Source of the DNA: Trichoplax adhaerens | Taxonomy: Eukaryota; Animalia; Placozoa | Length of the DNA stretch: 64,000 bases | Direction of reading: 5' to 3' | NCBI RefSeq assembly: GCF_000150275.1 | Contig: NW_002060943.1 | Span: 4,856,008 to 4,920,007 of the forward strand | Part shown: piece by piece, positions 55,708-64,000 of the stretch | Numbering within the stretch: position 1 is the stretch's first letter | Layout: each line of letters starts with the position of its first letter | Position numbers and translations under genes: made by a program | Notes under the pieces: generated by a model | What the model saw: the letters and a program-made list of their open reading frames with translations, nothing else | Database searches by the model: none | Told to the model about the DNA's origin: nothing

Positions 55708-58700
55708 GTCAAATAAAATTTGATAAAATTGGGCAATACTTAAAGTCCTTCAGCTACTGGGTATGTAATGGCAAATGTCATAAGAAAATATCGGAATCAT
55801 TCTATAAATCAACGCTTAACACCACGGTAGCTTGGGTGTTATCCATTAGGGAATATATCATAGGTTTCAATTTAATTAACATCTTGATAGCACACTATAA
55901 AGTTTCATTCTTAATTGGTTAAAGTATACCATGATCAATTTAGTTGACAACAAGAATTCTCTTAACATCATGCATACGATTAGGATATTCAATACATCAT
56001 TTTAGTTAGATTTAAATGCAGTAGTAACGAAGTGATACTTGGAAAATATAGTGATTTATTGAGCTAAAACCTCGTATTCTAGCTCTTCTAAAAGTTAAAA
56101 AATTCGAAGATATTGTGATTATCTTAGTTGAAGCTTTGATATTGCTGTAGCTATAAAGGTATTGGCTATAAATATCGTAATTAGAGTTGGTACTTAACAA
56201 GACAGCATCGACTTAAATTATCTATTCGGAAATATTGTAATCAAGTAGCAAAATCTTTGAAATCACCCTTGATTCATAAATTATCGATTAGAAATAGTCT
56301 GACTAATTGTTCCAAAGATTATAGTTAGATATCGTATCGCAATAATCTCTTAAAAGATATAAAGGTAATTTCAGTTAATTTTAATACTGTAGTCGACTTG
56401 AAGATATTGATTAAAAAAATCCATGACGATTTAGTTATCTCTTAGCATCCTTTTAACTTAGTAAGTAAAGTAGTAAACTATTTTGATCAAATTAAATAGA
56501 CTTCTATCCTTCCTTTAGCTTGATAATTTACCTTATCGATTAGAAAATCTTATGATTGATTTAGCTCCACATAGTAAATTGATAATAATCAATTACAAAT
56601 TATCATGATCATACATTGAAGACTTGGCATTCTATGATATAAAGATGGACTATATTGGATTAGGTTCGAAGAGAAAACAATTAAAATATTGATCACAAAC
56701 TTGTCATAAAGCTTTAATTTCTTACATGTCGTCAGACCTTGTTATCGGTACATTATCTCTTAGTATTTATGATTTATCGCTCTACAGATATTTGCTATTG
56801 TTTCAAGATGTTTAAAGGCGACATAAACTTAAACAACACTATAACTACTGATATGAAAACAATGATACCTTATACGTGAAAAGTTTTTATATGAAATGGC
56901 TTCATCTTAAATCATTTCAAACTAGAATCTAGTAGCAAAAATAATATATAACCAGTCGAAGAAAGAACTTCTTGCTAGATAATTATTATTTTTACTAGGA
57001 CCAGCATAATTTTAAAGTGACGGTATAAAGGAATGTCCGTATCAAATTTTCATCTGTTAAAATATCCATTACCAGAAGTTAGATTGCAAGAACTAGAATG
57101 ACACACCAACTTCGAGATATTACTACATCCTATTAATAATTGCTATAATACTGCAAATAGATTCCATCGTTTCACTTTAGATACATGCGTGATCAAATAA
57201 TAGCTGTCATGTTACGAATTGTCTAAAAATAAATAGAAAATTTTAATCAATCAAAATATCATTGCAAATCTGATCACTCCGCTTGAAAAAAAATCATGAA
57301 TACAAGACTAAGATTTTCCTAAATGAGTTAAGTTGGTGGAATGTAGAAACTAACAATATTAAAATTGAAGCATTCCTAAAGAATTAATTGTACCGTGCTG
57401 AACAAATTTATAAAACTGGTGATTATAAATCTGCTTGTTTTAAATCATAATCGGTGCGGGCTATCTCTAAAACTCATTTTCATTAGTAGTAATATGAACA
57501 TGAAGATCTACATCAATAGCGATGTAAGATGAAAAGAAGAATTCCCATATTGACCATAAGGAATTACGGCATAGGATCATTATAAGGATCAACAATTATA
57601 CTAAATTGAAAATGATAGAAAAAGAAAGTGTATTTCAAACCATACCACATAATATACAAGTGTAAATATGTTTTCTGAAGTCCAGATTGATATTATTTGA
57701 TAATAAGGCACAAAACTCCAATGAAAATAATAAAGACAGTAGTAAATTAAATATTAGATGGCGAAAGCTGTGAGGCCGAATGCAGAAAATCAAAGAAATA
57801 TCTAACCAGTAACTTGAGCCAAGTGCATGAGCAGGATATGGGTAAGTAAAATAGCTTTACAATAAGACTCTTTTTTCCCTATCATACTTCCAATAATACA
57901 AAACTTGCGCCAATCGATGAAACTACAATTTTTTTGTAGTTGATATTTCACCTTAATAAAGAATTAGAATAGAAAGTCAATTTAAATGTCCTGCATAAAG
58001 TACGTTCGTTACCTTCTATATTTATACTAATATTTCTATGAACCGGCTATTGTAATAACTGAGTCTACTGATACTACAAATAAGCTACTTTATAAAAATG
58101 AGAACAATAAGGACATCATCGGTGGAATATATAATAAATAGCTGGAAATAAACACGAGCCTATAAACTAGCATGCATTGGAATTATAAAATATCCTATTA
58201 TTCGCCAGCACTATTAATCTCAACAGCAACCGTAAATCAAATAGAAATTAATGATCAATTCATGATTAAAGTAAATTTAGATCATTAGATAGATGATGAA
58301 GTGAATCAAAGTCTCATTAACTAATATACCAGCTCCTAAAGATACGATGTAAAGTAATTGTGTAATGTCAAAATAAAGTACCAAAAGACGATTTTAGCAT
58401 AGAAAGTTGAAACAGGTCAAAATAAACCAAAATGAGTCATCGATTAATCGCCATAAATACCAAAAATTTGCATTGAAAATGATTAAAAAATTGAAATGGA
58501 GTAATTAAAATATAGCTCTTATCTTCCTACTACTCATTAGAATTTAGAGAGAGTTAAAAAATGATTCCGTTTGATGCTAACTTATTTCTTTTAATCTTAC
58601 CTATAGTATAAACTCTAATATCAAATCAAATGAGGATAATCGAATCGATCAGATGAAAGATAAAAAGTTATAAACTTATAAATTAAATTTTTCACGACTG

Positions 58701-61700
58701 GAAAACTGCGCAGAAAGTGAATTCGTTTATGATTATCTGTAAAAATGTACATAAGTTCGATAACACAAATTATGACTGTCGTCGATATTATGTTTAAATA
58801 TAAGTAATAAGGTCGCATGGGTGAGAATTAAATGCGCAAAATTTACACAGTCAAATTTTGACAATATATTTAATTAAAGATTGTATTAATACAGGCAAGC
58901 TAGATCATGTTGTGTAGCTATTGTTGTTCAACTACGGTAAATAATTGAATTAGATCTATTATTCATCCATTTATTCATCGAAATGACTACTCCTCCTTCC
59001 CTTCATAATTATTTTTGCCTTATTATCATCAATATTAATCTGTAGGGTTGTGCAGTTTCAATTTTCAGTCAATGCTATTCAATAATGGCCATTAAAATTA
59101 AAATTAAAATTAATGTTAACTGTGCACGCTTATTCCAAGGATTCTACCCCCCTCGTTATATTTTTAATCCCCTAGTAGATTAGCATATCGAAGATGATAC
59201 TATACCAACTTCAGATTAATACCCTCGAATAACAGCAATTAAATTGAAAATACATTAATTTTGTCTATAAACTATTGTCATGTGGACCATCTCATCTTGT
59301 TGAATATTGACATTTTTTTTAATTCAAGTACTTTAGTAGACCAGCTTACCGAGAAGTTTTACTGTTTGAACTTTATCGTAATATCATAAATAATAGCAAA
59401 TAAATTAAAATAGATTAATTTTGCGATTGCCCCTATTCAATACAGATTGTATATTCTCACGATATATTCTCTCATCGTATTCTACAAATTACACCAGATT
59501 AGTTTAGAAACGATTGTTGGCAGATCGAAAAAAAAAAACTAATTAACTGACCATTCTCTTTTAACGCACGTGATTCTAGCTCAACTGAGTTTTAAGATCC
59601 AAAGTATGATAAAAACTGAATATTTGAATGAAATAATAGTCATCAATTATAACGACTGGAAGCTTTAAAGGATTTTCTTCTCCTGAGCTATAAAATATAG
59701 TTGTCGGTAATAATTACGGTTGCTTGCTAATAGTCATCATTAAAATATCTTTGCATATGATCTACATCTTTATTGTTATTAGCTTATTTGCATCAATCAA
59801 AAGTAATTGTTCTATCACCGTGATCACCATCGTTTCAGATAATAAATTTTACTAACTCGAAACATATGTCTAATTAAGCACAACTTGTAAACTTCTCGCT
59901 ATTTACTTTATTCATAAAAATATTACATCTTAAAGTCAAAAGTGCCGATCGTCCCTATATATTTTATGAAGTAAAATTTATGATTACTTTACACCTTTAT
60001 GATCTTTACAGTAAAAAAAGAATGCTGTTTTATCTACAGAAGTTGTCATCCTACGATAAAGCACGTGCTAGAAGGTGAACAAAATCAGATATTTTTCATA
60101 TTTGAGAATTTCCATTGTGTTATATACTTTCCTTACATATCTAAAATCTGTGTATTAATACTTTATTTTTATATTGATTAATACCAGTTTTCTATCAATG
60201 CTTGTCTTCCAATAAATACGTGTTTGCTATTTGCTCTATTGCAGTTTTTGTCGAACATTAAATTAGAATGGCATACCATCGCTCGCATTGTAATATTTAT
60301 AGCCCTTAATAACAATATTTTCAGACAATGGATCTGATCTAGGATTAGATATCGCTATGTAGGCAACCAATTAACAACAGTATGGCATAGAATCGTATAT
60401 AAGATATTAGCAATAGCGACGATTATTTATGGTTAAATAACTTATAAGTCCATTGCGCAATATCATTAAATTATTACTGTTTTAGAGATCTTTAATAACT
60501 CTGAAAATTTAACCAATGGTAATGTGTAACTGAAAAATTATCATGAAATTTTAGGTACAAGTTCTATATAAGGAGATTTTTAATAGTATTTTAACAGATA
60601 TTTTAAGCTTCAATTGATTTTAAACAATTCATATCAGAGGTGATATAGTAGTTCCGTATCTAAACTTATAAACAGTCTTAAAAATTTGCAATAAAACTAC
60701 CGATGTAAATCTTTTCGAAGAATATCGGTGCATCGTAGCGGGTTGTTAAAGTATTAAAGCTCTATTTAGTTCCAAATTCTATAAGACTCGAAATGCCTGC
60801 TGAATGACGATAATTTATTTATATGTATTTGTCATTACATTCTAGAAGGAAATTAAGTATGGACAGATTATCAATACGTTGTAGTATTTCATTCGTATTA
60901 TACCGAATAAGAATTATCATTACGTTCAGATATTCCTGAAAGTAAATATAACAACTTCAGGAATAAATAAATTTATACCTATAGCGAGGATTTATCTGAA
61001 ATAGTCATTAAGGAAACGTTCTAAGAAATTGTATACGAGTAAATTTGTCAATAGACTATTAAATTTTCTTAAGCTTTATTTGAATTGCAAAAGTATTAGA
61101 AAGATTAAAGATAAACATTATCCTGATAATATTCTTAATGATAGAAAAATTGTTGGTAAAGGAATAGTAATATGCTATAGTACTCTATTTTATTTTTAGT
61201 TGAAAGCGATTTAATAATATTAGAAATGATGTGGTGTAATGTAACAAAGTAACAGCGAACGAATCATGAAGGTCTGAAATGAACTTAAGTATGGGCAGAT
61301 TGTCAATTTATCGTAGTATTTATTTTAAGCTTTGATTTTGGAAAGATTATAATAATTTTAAGTTTAAATAAATTATTAAAGTAATCTGTATCGAAATTGT
61401 GAGCAGACAGTCAATAGAAGAGCGTAATAGTAATTTGTTTGCATTATCATAAATAAAAATAGGAAAGTGCTATTTACGGTTGACAGTGCAAAAATCAGAA
61501 TATTTGCCTTGAAATTTTGTGATTCGAAGGGGCCAATTTGGACTTTAGACTCGTTGTGTGATCTCTTATTGTAGGCATCGATTTGTAATATTTTCGTAGA
61601 ATGTTAGTTTACATTTAATAGTTAAATTATCTAAGACAATTTTGTAAGCGGGTATTTTATCTTAAAAAGCTTATATCTAATATTGATCCAGTTAGAAACT

Positions 61701-64000
61701 CTAATAAATATACCGAAGACATTAATAAAATATGCAATACGAGTATTCTACAATTCGTGGACTTGTTCATGATTAGTTTCAAATTGATTATAGATATTCG
61801 ACTATATGAAATGATGTCCTATTTCATAAGAAGTATTAATGGACAGGTGTTAACAAATACAACGAAAATAATTTGAAGCAATGAAGGATTGCTATTCTGA
61901 TTGACTTCATCTGGATATTTCAATCAGAATGGTCCTAGTATGTACCAGCCAAAAATGCATAACTGTTGCTTACAAGGTATTTATAGCATTGTTGGATGTA
62001 GGATAAAACATACCATGCGCAGCTATAGTTACGACTGTGACTAAATTTCTACTTAATTATACACCATGTACCTCAAATCTCATATTTAACTACATCTATA
62101 ATTCAATAACTATTCTATAATGCAGCTAATCACATTTAAGACAAGGTATTATCTGAAACAATTATTTACTACTAGTTATCAGTCCAATTTCATATTCCAA
62201 ATCGAGACTAACCATCAACCAGCGAATCAATCTTAATCTACATTTGGTCACGCAGAAAATTTCGAAAGTATCATTTATGTATTACTCTTGAATCACCATA
62301 GTCCGTTAGAGGTTCCTTGGCAGGCACAAATGTTATAGCCTTATGCCTTAATTTATAAATTTATCTATTATTAAGATATGTTATATTAGTTCGATGTTAT
62401 CGATTATAGTCTCTAATATAAAAGAAAAGTTGTTGAATCGGTATATACATAGGGAAAACAAACTTTTGGAAAGACATGCTATTAATGGGTATCATTTAAA
62501 ATTATAATTATTGAGTCGGCGTAACATGATTACTTTATTTATTATTAAAGCGAAAGTAGCATTCTTTTTGTTTGTTAAAAATCTTTAATTCCTAGAATTT
62601 TATTGAAATGATATGATTGGACCCAATGCATAGCAATGACAATAAGGTTGTAATCACATAGATGCTATAGAAGTAACGCGATTACATATAGAGCATGCAT
62701 ATTTAGCTATAGACAAATATAATTTCAAATAGGGGGAATATGTATCATAACTAAATATATAATTACAATAAACTAGTAGTAATGTAGTATAATAGCAGAT
62801 AGCCTGCACAAGAAAGCTTGTTTGATCCTTGCATAAAGTTAGTTACCCTTAGCAACAGGCCATATCGATAAAACAACTCTGTGCTATGATCTTCGATATA
62901 AATTTACTGTACAAGTTTAAAATATGAGTACACCTATTACCGAATATCATTACTTAGTTAAGACTTAGTAAGGTATTTAATATTGCGTTCATAAGTCTGA
63001 TATACTGTATTGTCGTCAGCTATTAATTAAAATTTTATAAATCCTTTTTCCCTTCAAATTGAATATCTTTCTAAGTAGTAGCTCTTAGCAAATATGATTT
63101 AACTTTTTCAAATTCAATATCTTTGCAAGCCAAGATTAGCAAAATATCAATATAATTGCCAGGCTATGTATGATAACATAGCTTTTATTATCATTACCGA
63201 CCAGATCTTTGTGATATTGCGTCAAAAAATCGTCATGAGTACTCTTCTTGCTATATAGCTACAAGACTTATTCGATATTTATAGAAAGAATATGGTCCAG
63301 TAATATTTTTTAGTGAATTGAAGCATAAGATCGTGATCTAGATTACCTTGGTATCAGGTTACATATATAATCACTTCTACGGGAACAATGAGTATTTCAG
63401 TAGCAAAAAGAAATATTTATAAATCACACTATTGCCTTATACTTAAGGAATATGAATAATTAGCTGCTATGAAAACGACCAATTAGCTGTAATACTAGAC
63501 ATGGATAAATTGTTCTTAATGTTTCTGAATTAAAAGTTGCTAAGTAAGTAGTTTTTGATTTACCTGCAACTTTTAGTACTGAATTGAATGACATTGAAAG
63601 CACTACTAAGGATACTTAGTTATGCATGTTCATACAGAGATAGCTAAATTAGCTGCAATAATAGACTCGATAAAATTTTATTGTAGTTTAATTTAAGGAA
63701 ATATTGATAGCCAGTGTGATATATACCAATTACGAAATTCCAAATTTTAGAAAAATAAGGGCTTTATTGAATCTTATACAAAGATTAACTAGACACAGCT
63801 CTACTCTAGTCGAATACCACTACTAAAGACTTCTAGAACGAACTAACTGAATAATCTAAAGTTGTATACTTTTATACTTTTCGTAGTATTCGCAGCTACA
63901 ATCCGCATGGCAACCTTTTACCTTATATTACACATAGTTAAATTATTCTTAGAAAGACTATTCTACTGCGGACCATCATTAATCCAATATGGATACGACT

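Noticed and set aside
54524-55922. ORFs 54524-54715 and 55668-55922 as element-encoded proteins
   Set aside because: Short, non-ATG starts, no domain similarity; one runs out of the element into flanking DNA.

Overview
Eukaryotic, AT-rich, compact animal DNA with many short GT-AG introns. Gene content and style fit a placozoan (Trichoplax-like) genome; this is an inference. The first 29 kb is a dense block of conserved spliced genes: 3' end of CFAP70/TTC18 (+), ERLEC1 (-), Max (+), CoREST/RCOR (+), PP5/PPP5C (-) and a B3GAT3-like gene (+). 31.3-48.6 kb holds one very large LRR-containing rhodopsin-family GPCR (-) with about 37 symmetric one-LRR exons. 48.7-64 kb has no recognisable gene. The most notable unexplained structure is seven 0.4-0.63 kb TGT...ACA elements, each with its own 5-bp target-site duplication, a TATA/AATAAA layout and end hairpins (solo-LTR-like, about 5 families). 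All seven lie in or just upstream of the GPCR. Also present: a 253-bp TIR element (MITE) between ERLEC1 and Max, and CAGTA/TACTG clusters marking the housekeeping promoters. All gene names are from recognising motifs by eye; no database search was run.
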